From contig CAYMCV010000001.1 of assembly GCA_964389005.1 (NCBI GenBank), positions 4,957-54,497 of the forward strand: DNA of 49,541 nucleotides. Direction: 5' to 3'. The stretch comes from an uncultured Lachnospiraceae bacterium (GTDB taxonomy: Bacteria > Bacillota > Clostridia > Lachnospirales > Lachnospiraceae). Under the pieces are notes generated by a model. That model saw only the letters and a program-made list of their open reading frames with translations, was not told the DNA's origin and ran no database searches. Within the stretch, counting starts at the first letter, position 1; every line of letters begins with the position of its first letter. The translations under genes were made by a program, and so were the position numbers. Shown here piece after piece: positions 39,577 through 47,750 of the stretch.

Positions 39577-39872
39577 ATAAAACAATTCAAATAGATGAAG
39601 CGAAAAAATACAGAAGAAAGAGAGGTATGGTCCACCGAAAACATAATTTAAAGTACCAAAGAATGAAGAATAGAAGAAACGGACGTAGTCGAGTACACAT
39701 GAGAAAGTAACGCAGCACATAAGATGAAATTTATGGCAGTTACAGTACTTCGTACAAAAGAAAAGTGGAAAGAGTACAGATGAGAAATTGGAGGTATGGA
39801 CCATTGGACAATGTAGTTGAGGTTCAGAAGTAAGAAGCCCTTGTGTTGATAGCAATAACGCAGGGGCTTCTT
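39577..39872 (+). ncRNA. candidate ~300-nt purine-rich non-coding transcript (unclassified)
   Basis: Bounded by the orphan promoter and a 12-bp-stem hairpin (39832-39843/39861-39872). Contains the 13-nt direct repeat GAGGTATGGNCCA at 39622 and 39791. Only 15-19-codon ORFs without SD sites. No match to RNA families I can recognise. Confidence 0.3.
39832..39872. terminator. strong hairpin downstream of the SGNH gene (minus) and at the end of the candidate RNA (plus), with no clear U-tract
   Basis: AAGAAGCCCTTG pairs with CAGGGGCTTCTT (12 bp, one G-U) around a 17-nt loop. Confidence 0.45.
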
Positions 39873-39912
39873 ACATGCTGTAAAAACTAAGCGAGTTCCA
39901 TTTTGGCGAACG

Positions 39913-40770
39913 TTATGGAAGAACAATGGCATGTGTTTTGAGGTAATCCACCCAAATTGTGTAATAACGTGCGAGCAGATGCGTATCGTCACCGGAATAC
40001 TCCTGTTTCAGTGCACCGTTCTCGTCAGTCAAGACCTCATTCTCATCAAGCCAGAAGACGGTTTGACCGTCGGCAAGTGTCTGTATGGCAGTATTTCGTT
40101 CCGCAATATGTGCATTGTTAAAAATTGCATCGGAATCGGAGCGTACGCTTGTTACACACATGATGGACTGAATATAGATGATGGCATTCGGTTGCAATTG
40201 CCGAATATGTTCCAATACTTCCTGATACTTTAAGAGAAATCCTTCTGTGGTATCACGTCCGAGTTCGTTGATACCGACCATGAGATAGACTTTTTGAAAT
40301 TGTTGTGCCGAAAGTGCGGTTTCGAGATCTGTTTTGCTACGACTACCTTCCACGGGAATGAATTTTTTATCAAACAAATCATAAACATTCATACCGACGG
40401 AAGCATAAAAAGTGGCATTTAATCCGGAATATTCTGATAGACCGACAATCCTCGAGTCCCCAATAAAGACTGCATCCGAAAAATAGTCATCATCGACAGC
40501 TGTAAATACAAGAGGCGACTCGGCATTGCTTTCTTGTGCAGGATCGTTATTGATTTCTTCTGTTTCGGAGGATATAACTTCTTCGGAAGGAAACTCTGTC
40601 AGATCATCCATCTGCATTTCATTTTCCGAAGAGGATGTAATCGTATCAGCAAGCGTTTGCTGATTAAAGCCCGGCCAAATTTTCTTGAAATCAGCGGAAA
40701 AATCCATGATTTCAAACATAACAATACTTAACATGACGGCTGTACAAAGCGGATATCCGGTTCTTTTCAT
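39913..40770 (-). CDS. SGNH/GDSL-family hydrolase or acyltransferase, membrane-anchored (partner of the MBOAT gene)
   Basis: Block I FIGDSR, block III VGINELG, block V DDTHLL. N-terminal TM helix. Start ATG 40770 after GGAGGAG (the track start 40824 is upstream of the RBS). Confidence 0.8.
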   Translation of the reverse strand: MKRTGYPLCTAVMLSIVMFEIMDFSADFKKIWPGFNQQTLADTITSSSENEMQMDDLTEFPSEEVISSETEEINNDPAQESNAESPLVFTAVDDDYFSDAVFIGDSRIVGLSEYSGLNATFYASVGMNVYDLFDKKFIPVEGSRSKTDLETALSAQQFQKVYLMVGINELGRDTTEGFLLKYQEVLEHIRQLQPNAIIYIQSIMCVTSVRSDSDAIFNNAHIAERNTAIQTLADGQTVFWLDENEVLTDENGALKQEYSGDDTHLLARYYTIWVDYLKTHAIVLP

Positions 40771-40833
40771 AATCTCCTCCATGCTGCAATTCGGGAAAGC
40801 AGCGAGTGACAAATATCTATACAAACGAAAAGT

Positions 40834-42153
40834 TTAAAAAAGTGAATATAAAAATGGATTGTTGAGGTTACTTTTGAGCATCCAAACAGATAGCCAGAGG
40901 ATGCAAAGCAACAACAGAATAACGAAACGATTGTTTCCGTTTCGACGAATGATTTTCTCCGGCCACGGAAGTGCGAACAGAACCGCAAAGAGGAGAAAAA
41001 CAGCGTTGGATTGGCCATATTTCATAAAGTCGGCAGTGTTCACGGTAACATCCGAAAAATGGATAAAAGGGGCAAACAGTTTGCAAAAAAACATTTGAAT
41101 CGATGAAATGTCGGGGAGTACAAAGAGCATCCAACTCATCGGAATCAAGAGCAACAGGTATAGATGCGACAACACCTTGGAACGCTCAAGAAATATACCG
41201 ATGCCAATCTTTTCTATGATAATGAGGAAGCAAATGGATGCACCCCACAGAAGGTAATGTAGAGAAAACCCGTGCCAAAGGGAGGTTAACAGCCATACAA
41301 TAATGAGATTTCGGATGGTGATTGCCATACCGCGGCGACTTCCTCCAAGCGGAATGTAGGTATAGTCACGGAACCAGCGACCAAGCGTAATATGCCATCT
41401 TCGGTAGAATTGAGATACCGTTTTGGCACAATAAGGGGAATCAAAGTTCTCCGGCAAGGTAAAGCCGAGCATTTCACCAATACCGATGGCCATGAGAGAA
41501 TAGCCTTGAAAATCATAATATAGTTGCAGGCTGTAAGAAAACATGGAAAGCCATGCCATCGGCGTTGAAATTGCATCGATACCAATGCTTGTTACGCCGC
41601 GCCATACGGAAGCAAGTCGGTCGGCAAGCAGAATTTTATAGCCGAGTCCGAGCAAGAAAGTGACCAGCCCGCGTTCCACATTTTCCAATGATGAAGAACG
41701 TTTGCTTATGACACTTTTTAATTCATTGTATTTTACAATCGGTCCGGAAATGACTTTGGCAAAAAGAGTTGTATAAACGCCATATTCTGTGAAAGATTTC
41801 ACTTGTGTTCGGTGGCGGTAAACATCAATGGACAGTGCAACCAATTCAAAAATCAAGAAACTCATTCCGGGGATTAAGTGTCCTGTTGCTTTGCAATGAA
41901 TCAGAATGCCGATATTGAAGAATAAAGACAGAATCAAAAAGAATCTGTGCTTGCGAATCAAGTATCTCGAAAGGAAATAGTTGACAAGAACACACAAAAG
42001 AAAAACGGGAAGATTAGAATAACCCGCAAATGCATAAAAAATCAGACTTCCGGCAAATAAGGTCAAATTCCGGAATTTTTGAGGAACTATATAGTAAATC
42101 ATCAAGAAAATCGGAAGGAATTTCAAGATGAAATTAAGGCTGTCAAACTGCAC
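40834..42153 (-). CDS. MBOAT-family membrane O-acyltransferase (AlgI/DltB/PatA-like)
   Basis: MQFDSLNFILKFLPIFL N-terminus. Conserved FYRRWHITLGRWFRDYTYIPLGG with the catalytic His region. Polytopic. Confidence 0.9.
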   Translation of the reverse strand: MQFDSLNFILKFLPIFLMIYYIVPQKFRNLTLFAGSLIFYAFAGYSNLPVFLLCVLVNYFLSRYLIRKHRFFLILSLFFNIGILIHCKATGHLIPGMSFLIFELVALSIDVYRHRTQVKSFTEYGVYTTLFAKVISGPIVKYNELKSVISKRSSSLENVERGLVTFLLGLGYKILLADRLASVWRGVTSIGIDAISTPMAWLSMFSYSLQLYYDFQGYSLMAIGIGEMLGFTLPENFDSPYCAKTVSQFYRRWHITLGRWFRDYTYIPLGGSRRGMAITIRNLIIVWLLTSLWHGFSLHYLLWGASICFLIIIEKIGIGIFLERSKVLSHLYLLLLIPMSWMLFVLPDISSIQMFFCKLFAPFIHFSDVTVNTADFMKYGQSNAVFLLFAVLFALPWPEKIIRRNGNNRFVILLLLCILWLSVWMLKSNLNNPFLYSLF

Positions 42154-42264
42154 CGTACATCACCGCTTTCTTTTGAAAAATTATACGATATTTTCACAAC
42201 AATTGCTATATAAATATGTAGAAAAATGTCGGAAATGCTTGGTAATTGAAATTCGCGTTACAGA

Positions 42265-42293
42265 TTGCAAAACAAAAATCGACATGTTATACT
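42265..42293 (+). promoter_or_regulatory. sigma-A-type promoter for the GH3 gene
   Basis: TTGCAA (42265-42270), 17 nt, TATACT (42288-42293). This shows the track's TTG start at 42265 is not coding. Confidence 0.55.
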
Positions 42294-42339
42294 AAAATGG
42301 ATTGAAAACACGATTGAAGAGATGAAATGGGGAGTATAC

Positions 42340-43653
42340 ATGGAAGATTATAAGGACGATATTCAGCAGAAAGCCAGACGGGAAGAACGCAGGAAAAAGC
42401 GAATCAGAACGACAGTGACAGCATATGTGTCGCTGGCTGTAGTTCTACTGGTACTGGGCGGCGGCGTATTCTTTGGCGTGACACAGTTGAATACGTATTT
42501 ACAGGCGAATCGACAGCCGGAAGAAGTCATCAACAGTGAAGTTCCCACAGAGGAACCGATTGTACTGACGGAGCCGGATTCTGTAGAAATTCCTTCGACT
42601 CCGGAGAGCGCGGAACCCGTCAAAGACCCGCTGGAGGAAGAAATTGACGGTATTCTGGCAGGCATGACGACACAACAGAAGGTTGCAGCATTGTTTTTGA
42701 CCAGCCCGGAAGCATTGACAGGCGTAGGACAGGCAGTACGTGCAGGCGACGGAACCAAGACTGCACTGGAAGAATACCCGGTCGGCGGACTGCTATATTC
42801 GGCAAAAAATATACAATCTCGTGATCAGTTTACAGAAATGCTTACCAATACGAAAACCATGTCCGCGTTTCCGATTTTTCTAGCGGTTACGGAAGAGGGC
42901 GGAAAGAATAATACAGTCGCAGGTAAAATGGGAATTACCGCAATAGAATCTGCGGAGACTTATGCGCAAGGTGAAGACGGGGGAATGGTTTCGGAGGCGT
43001 ACTTAACGATGGGCGCTTATCTTGCAGGACTCGGGATGAATCTGAACTTGGCACCGGTTGCGGATTTGGCAACGAATGCGGAGAACGTTAATCATGTTCG
43101 GATGTTTGGCTCAGATACGGCGAATGCTTCCAAAATGGTTACGGAGGCAGTTGACTCCCTGAATGCTGCGGGCATTGATGTGTGCTTGAAGTTCTTTCCC
43201 GGAGAAGGTGAAGTGACCGGAGCCGAAAAGATTACCAACAGAACCGCAGATGAAATGCGTGCGGCAGAATTCTTGACATTTCAAGCCGGAATCGAAGCGG
43301 GTGCAACCATGGTAATGGTATCTGATATATCTGCGCCGGCGGTCATCGGTTCGGATGTACCGGCGTGTCTTTCAGATGTAATGATGACACAGATATTACG
43401 GACGGAATTGGGGTATGAAGGGATCATTATTACTTCGGACTTGGCAGATCAAAGGATTACTTCCAAGTATGCTTCCGGTGACGCCGCAGTTATGGCGATT
43501 CAAGCCGGTGCCGACATGATTTTGAATACCGGTGATTTCAAGGGTGCGTATGACGGCGTGTTGGCAGCTGTGGAATCCTCAACGATTACAATGGAGCAAT
43601 TAGATCAGGCAGTTCGCAGAATATATCGCGTGAAATGCCAGTGGGATGAATAA
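42340..43653 (+). CDS. membrane-anchored glycoside hydrolase family 3 (NagZ-like beta-N-acetylhexosaminidase domain)
   Basis: N-terminal K/R-rich segment plus a TM helix (VTAYVSLAVVLLVLGGGVFFGV). GH3 N-domain motifs LKFFPGEGE and MVMVSD. ATG 42340 follows GGGGAG. Confidence 0.8.
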   Translation: MEDYKDDIQQKARREERRKKRIRTTVTAYVSLAVVLLVLGGGVFFGVTQLNTYLQANRQPEEVINSEVPTEEPIVLTEPDSVEIPSTPESAEPVKDPLEEEIDGILAGMTTQQKVAALFLTSPEALTGVGQAVRAGDGTKTALEEYPVGGLLYSAKNIQSRDQFTEMLTNTKTMSAFPIFLAVTEEGGKNNTVAGKMGITAIESAETYAQGEDGGMVSEAYLTMGAYLAGLGMNLNLAPVADLATNAENVNHVRMFGSDTANASKMVTEAVDSLNAAGIDVCLKFFPGEGEVTGAEKITNRTADEMRAAEFLTFQAGIEAGATMVMVSDISAPAVIGSDVPACLSDVMMTQILRTELGYEGIIITSDLADQRITSKYASGDAAVMAIQAGADMILNTGDFKGAYDGVLAAVESSTITMEQLDQAVRRIYRVKCQWDE

Positions 43654-43686
43654 GATTGAAAAGGTAAAAAAAGTACAAAAACTTTA

Positions 43687-43715
43687 TTGACAGAACAGAA
43701 ATCATATAGTACAAT
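43687..43715 (+). promoter_or_regulatory. sigma-A-type promoter for tRNA-Gly
   Basis: TTGACA (43687-43692), 17 nt, TACAAT (43710-43715). A leader hairpin CTTGTCC...GGACAAG lies at 43720-43743. Confidence 0.6.
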
Positions 43716-43747
43716 ACATCTTGTCCGTTGCAAAAAGGACAAGAAAT

Positions 43748-43820
43748 GCGATAGTGGCGTAGTTGGTAACGCGCGACCTTGCCAAGGTCGAGACCGCGGG
43801 TTCGAGCCCCGTCTATCGCT
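43748..43820 (+). tRNA. tRNA-Gly (anticodon GCC), CCA not encoded
   Basis: Hand-folded cloverleaf. Acceptor GCGATAG/CTATCGC, D-stem GCGT/ACGC, anticodon stem CGACC/GGTCG with loop TTGCCAA, T-arm GCGGG-TTCGAGC-CCCGT, discriminator T. Confidence 0.92.
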
Positions 43821-43823
43821 CGC

Positions 43824-43853
43824 AAGGAATCTGATTCGTCAGATTCCTTTTTT
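43824..43853 (+). terminator. rho-independent terminator after tRNA-Gly
   Basis: AAGGAATCTGA-TTCG-TCAGATTCCTT followed by TTTT. Confidence 0.85.
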
Positions 43854-43995
43854 CATGTAAAATGTTTTCTGACTAAAAATCGCAAAGAGTGCTTTATGGT
43901 TCGCAAATAATGGATTGATAGAAGTAAGAGATTCATATATAATTAAGCCGATGTGTTTTGCATTGGAAAAATATAGCAAAGAGAGAAAGGGACTT

Positions 43996-45513
43996 ATGAT
44001 GCAGAAAGAATATGTGATTTTCCCCGAAGATGTTGCCGAATTTTACAACCATACGGATGAGTGCATCGGAACGGGAAGAATGGGGCTTGCGTTACACAAG
44101 GAATATTTTGAACAATTAAAAATGGTTCAGGAAGAGATTGGCTTCAAACATATCCGAGGACATGGTTTGTTCTGTGATGATATGGCGATTTATCAGGAGT
44201 ATATAGACGAAGACGGGAATGCGAAGGACGAGTATAATTTTACTTATTTGGACAGAGTAATGGACAGTTATCGTGAACTTTCACTGAAACCGTTTATTGA
44301 ACTGGGTTTTATGCCGTATAAACTGGCATCGGGAACGCAGACACTTTTTTATTGGCAGGGGAATACAACGCCGCCGAAAGACCATGATGCATGGTGCGAA
44401 TTGGTAAAAGCAACATTAAGCCACTTAATGGAGCGTTACGGTGCAAACGAGGTAGTGACATGGCCTGTGGAAGTATGGAATGAGCCGAATTTGGCGGGAT
44501 TTTGGGAAAATGCCGACAAAGAAGCATATTTCAAACTGTTTGCATGTACATTCCGCGCAGTCAAGGAACTTGATGCGCGTTTCAGAGTCGGCGGACCGGC
44601 AGTTTGCGGAGGCACAGATGAGGAATGGATTCAGGCATTCATGACTTTTTGTCATGAGCAGAAGATTGCGGTTGATTTTATCACGAGACATCATTATACA
44701 ACGGAATTCCCAGAGTATGTCGGTCACTACGGATATGCGAAATTGAGCAATCCCGAAGATGGTTTTGCCAATTTGCAGACGACGAGAGACATCATTGACA
44801 GTTTCGAAGAATATCGTGGATTGGAGATACATATTACAGAGTTTAATACCTCATATATTCCGAATTGTCCGTTACATGACACCAATTTGAATGCTGCTTA
44901 TATAGCGACACAGTTATCTCGACTTGGAGATGTGAACACTTCCTATTCTTATTGGACGTTCGGGGACGTGTTTGAGGAGCGCGGCGTTCCGTACACACCG
45001 TTTCATGGCGGTTTCGGACTGGTGGCAAACGGATGTATTCCGAAACCGACATTTTGGACATTTCGATTTTTTAAGCAATTAACAGGAAAATGTGTGCAAC
45101 GTAGCGAATCCTTGGTCGTTGTGAAGCAACCGGACGGAAGTTACAGAGGCGTTCTTTGGAATCTGTGCGGTATGAATGCAGAAGAACTCACGGTGAAATT
45201 GAGTCTTAAAGATGTTTCCGGAGATGAATACTGGATGCTAAAACAAACGGTTGACGAAGAAGTGTGCAATCCACTCAAAACATGGCATGACATGGGAGAA
45301 CCGCCAATATTGACGAATACTGAGACTAAGTTATTGCAGCAGGCGGCACAACCGTTGACGGAAACGGCTATTTTACAGTCTGTGGAAGGAGAAATCACAT
45401 TTGAAGACACATTAAAACCGAATGCGGTGGTATATTTTGAAATCAAATGCAGAGAGGCACAAAGTGACAGAGGTTATTCTTATGAGCGTGCCATTGCGGG
45501 ACATGATTTTTAA
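43996..45513 (+). CDS. glycoside hydrolase family 39 (beta-xylosidase-like)
   Basis: Acid/base motif VEVWNEPN, nucleophile motif HITEFN, IRGHGLF N-terminal barrel strand. Start ATG 43996 after AAAGGGA. Confidence 0.85.
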   Translation: MMQKEYVIFPEDVAEFYNHTDECIGTGRMGLALHKEYFEQLKMVQEEIGFKHIRGHGLFCDDMAIYQEYIDEDGNAKDEYNFTYLDRVMDSYRELSLKPFIELGFMPYKLASGTQTLFYWQGNTTPPKDHDAWCELVKATLSHLMERYGANEVVTWPVEVWNEPNLAGFWENADKEAYFKLFACTFRAVKELDARFRVGGPAVCGGTDEEWIQAFMTFCHEQKIAVDFITRHHYTTEFPEYVGHYGYAKLSNPEDGFANLQTTRDIIDSFEEYRGLEIHITEFNTSYIPNCPLHDTNLNAAYIATQLSRLGDVNTSYSYWTFGDVFEERGVPYTPFHGGFGLVANGCIPKPTFWTFRFFKQLTGKCVQRSESLVVVKQPDGSYRGVLWNLCGMNAEELTVKLSLKDVSGDEYWMLKQTVDEEVCNPLKTWHDMGEPPILTNTETKLLQQAAQPLTETAILQSVEGEITFEDTLKPNAVVYFEIKCREAQSDRGYSYERAIAGHDF

Positions 45514-45567
45514 CATCTTCCATCCGGTTATTGTGATGATACTGCATTGAGATTAAGGGGGAATATT

Positions 45568-46494
45568 TTGAAAGATAAAAAGTTATTATGGTTTACAATT
45601 TTTATATGGTGGGTTTGCGATTTCTTGATTATCACTGCGTTGGCCGTGTTTGCCTTTTATCTACTCACAATGTTTTCATTTATGACGCAAATATTGGGTG
45701 TATTCGGTCTTGGAAATTCTTTTGAAATACATTCGATAAATTGGCTGATTCTTTTACCGATGTGCGCAATAATAGCAATACCGATTACATTTCTGGTAAT
45801 TAAAGTTATTATTCCGAAGTTTTTTTCGGGATATTTGAATCGATGTCGTAAGATTTTGAAGGATATAGAGGAGAACGGGAACTCTACAGAAACTATGATT
45901 GAAGTGCGAAAACTTCACAGCGAACTGGAACCAAAGAAGAACACATATTTTTCCATATACAATATTTGTACCCTCCTCATTGCAGCAGATTGTTGCGATC
46001 GCAGTGATTTTGCGGAGGCATATGCCTATTTGGACCGTATTGCGCAGGAAGAATATAAGGAAGTTCGGAAATTTGTTACGATTCAACAAAGTTACATACA
46101 GTATTTGACAGTCAAATTACAAATCGAGTGTAGTGCAAAGGATCGGGAGCGGGCGGATGAAACTTATGGCATAGCGAAACCTTTTTTTGACGAATATGGC
46201 GAAAAAACGCAGATGATTCTGCCGATTGAAGCGAGTCTTTCCTATTATGATGTTCTCTGTGAGCGATATGAGGAAGCGATTGCACGGATACAGGCGCTGG
46301 AAGCGAGTCGACCTTCGGAGAAATTGATGATTGCGGAGTGTCTCAAGCATGCGTATGAAGCCGGGAAGAGGTATGATGAGGCACTGCGATATTATGATGA
46401 AATGCTTGTGTGTTGTAAGAGCGAATACACCAAGAATATCATTCAACATCACAGAGATGAGTGTGTTGCGCTTCAAGAACAGATATCGGAGTAA
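45568..46494 (+). CDS. hypothetical membrane protein with helical-repeat (TPR-like) C-terminal half
   Basis: Three to four N-terminal TM helices followed by an alpha-helical Y/E/A-rich region. Likely start TTG 45568 after GGGGG. AT-rich. Confidence 0.55.
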   Translation: MKDKKLLWFTIFIWWVCDFLIITALAVFAFYLLTMFSFMTQILGVFGLGNSFEIHSINWLILLPMCAIIAIPITFLVIKVIIPKFFSGYLNRCRKILKDIEENGNSTETMIEVRKLHSELEPKKNTYFSIYNICTLLIAADCCDRSDFAEAYAYLDRIAQEEYKEVRKFVTIQQSYIQYLTVKLQIECSAKDRERADETYGIAKPFFDEYGEKTQMILPIEASLSYYDVLCERYEEAIARIQALEASRPSEKLMIAECLKHAYEAGKRYDEALRYYDEMLVCCKSEYTKNIIQHHRDECVALQEQISE

Positions 46495-46502
46495 GCGAGA
46501 CA

Positions 46503-46613
46503 GAATCAGTGAGATGGAATCAGGAAGATGGAATTAGGAAATTGTATCAGGAAGATAGAGTCAGGATAATAATATTAGGAAGATAGAATTAGAAAATAGT
46601 ATCAGGATATGTG
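46503..46613 (+). repeat. eight tandem degenerate 14-nt units, most carrying (C/T)AGGA
   Basis: The units read GAATCAGTGAGATG, GAATCAGGAAGATG, GAATTAGGAAATTG, TATCAGGAAGATAG, AGTCAGGATAATAA, TATTAGGAAGATAG, AATTAGAAAATAG and TATCAGGATATGTG. Confidence 0.85.
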
Positions 46614-46615
46614 TG

Positions 46616-46653
46616 GCGGATATACGTGAAAAGGTATATCCGCTATTTTTTTT
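46616..46653 (+). terminator. rho-independent terminator closing the repeat-bearing 3' region
   Basis: 10-bp stem GCGGATATAC/GTATATCCGC with an 8-nt loop, followed by TATTTTTTTT. Confidence 0.85.
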
Positions 46654-46688
46654 AAAACAGTAAGATGATTTTTATTAATTTTTTGTAT

Positions 46689-46761
46689 ATATGTATTGAC
46701 AAGACATATTATAGACAATATAATATAGACAATTTGATAGATATGTAAGAATCATACATAT
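46689..46761 (+). promoter_or_regulatory. PadR-operon promoter flanked by two ATATGT-N9-ACATAT palindromes
   Basis: TTGACA (46696-46701), 17 nt, TATAAT (46719-46724). Palindromes lie at 46689-46709 (overlapping the -35) and 46741-46761 (downstream of the -10). They resemble the PadR ATGT-N8-ACAT operator. Confidence 0.6.
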
Positions 46762-46822
46762 GTGACAAAGAAGTTTTTTTCTTGTTTTTTAGATGAGTTA
46801 TGAGCGAAGGAGGATATTAAGC

Positions 46823-47158
46823 ATGATTTATTCATTGAATGCTCCACTGACGGAGTTGCTGTTGCTATCCATCATATTGAAGGAAGACAGTTACGGGTAC
46901 ATCATCAGTCAGAATTTGAAGTCGGTATCGAATTTGAAGGATTCGGCGCTGTACCCGATATTGAAACGTTTGTCTGATGAACAATATGTTGATATTTACG
47001 ACCAGCAACATCAGGGAAGAAATCGGAAGTATTATCGCATTACCGAGAAGGGTGAGCGACGACGAATGGAACTGAAGGAAGAGTGGATTGCATACATCGG
47101 CGAAATTGATAAAATTATTGAAGTTCCGGCGTGTGAGGGAGGAAATGACAATGACTAA
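46823..47158 (+). CDS. PadR-family transcriptional regulator
   Basis: LLLLSIILKEDSYGYIISQNLK...ALYPILKRLSDEQYV...RKYYRITEKG. ATG 46823 follows AGGAGG. Confidence 0.9.
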   Translation: MIYSLNAPLTELLLLSIILKEDSYGYIISQNLKSVSNLKDSALYPILKRLSDEQYVDIYDQQHQGRNRKYYRITEKGERRRMELKEEWIAYIGEIDKIIEVPACEGGNDND

Positions 47159-47750
47159 GACGGAGTATATGGAGCAGTTACAGAAGAAACTTAAGAAATT
47201 GCCGAAAGAGGATTATTTGAAGGCGATTGAGTACTATGAGGAATATTTTGCGGAAGCGGGCGAGGATAATGAAGCACACGCGATTGAAGATTTGGGATCA
47301 CCGCAGGAGGCGGCAGACAATATCATTCGAGAGTTTGCGATTGACAATGTGCAGGACGACACGCGTAAGAAGGACGTTCGGAAGGGATTGCGCGGTGTAT
47401 GGATTGTCATACTTGCGATTTTTGCTTCACCGATTGCGTTACCGCTCATCATAACGATTGCGGCATTATTGTTCTCTGCCATTGTTGTGGTTTTTGCTTT
47501 GCTGTTTGCATTTTCAATTACCGGAATTGCATTACTGTTAACATCGGTGTTATCTTTGATTGGCGCAATTTCCATGCTGATTCGGGATCTTCCAGCGGCC
47601 TTGATTTGCTTCGGTATCAGTCTTTGTTCACTGGGAATCGGGGCATTGATGGTTTACGGTTCCTATTGGGTTTTAAAGAGATTTTTAAATGGTATCATCG
47701 TTGCGTTTGGAAAAAAATTTGCAAAGGGGGAAAAGAAAGATGAAGCATAA
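47151..47750 (+). CDS. DUF1700-like membrane protein (PadR-associated)
   Basis: MTKTEYMEQLQKKLKKLPKEDYLKAIEYYEEYF...LGSPQEAADNI followed by TM helices. Overlaps the padR stop by 8 nt. Confidence 0.8.
   Translation: MTKTEYMEQLQKKLKKLPKEDYLKAIEYYEEYFAEAGEDNEAHAIEDLGSPQEAADNIIREFAIDNVQDDTRKKDVRKGLRGVWIVILAIFASPIALPLIITIAALLFSAIVVVFALLFAFSITGIALLLTSVLSLIGAISMLIRDLPAALICFGISLCSLGIGALMVYGSYWVLKRFLNGIIVAFGKKFAKGEKKDEA

Noticed and set aside
39577-39872. T-box leader or other cis-regulatory riboswitch
   Set aside because: There is no plus-strand gene downstream to regulate. AATTGGAGGTATGGACCATTGG only loosely resembles the T-box GGTGGTACCGCG core. The sequence is too purine-rich to form the Stem I and antiterminator architecture.
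39333-39992. Three overlapping minus-strand ORFs (103, 118, 114 aa) in the purA-SGNH intergenic region
   Set aside because: The translations are low-complexity (F/L/Y/C/S-rich), an artefact of the pyrimidine-rich minus strand. They lack RBS sites, overlap each other and overlap a plus-strand consensus promoter.
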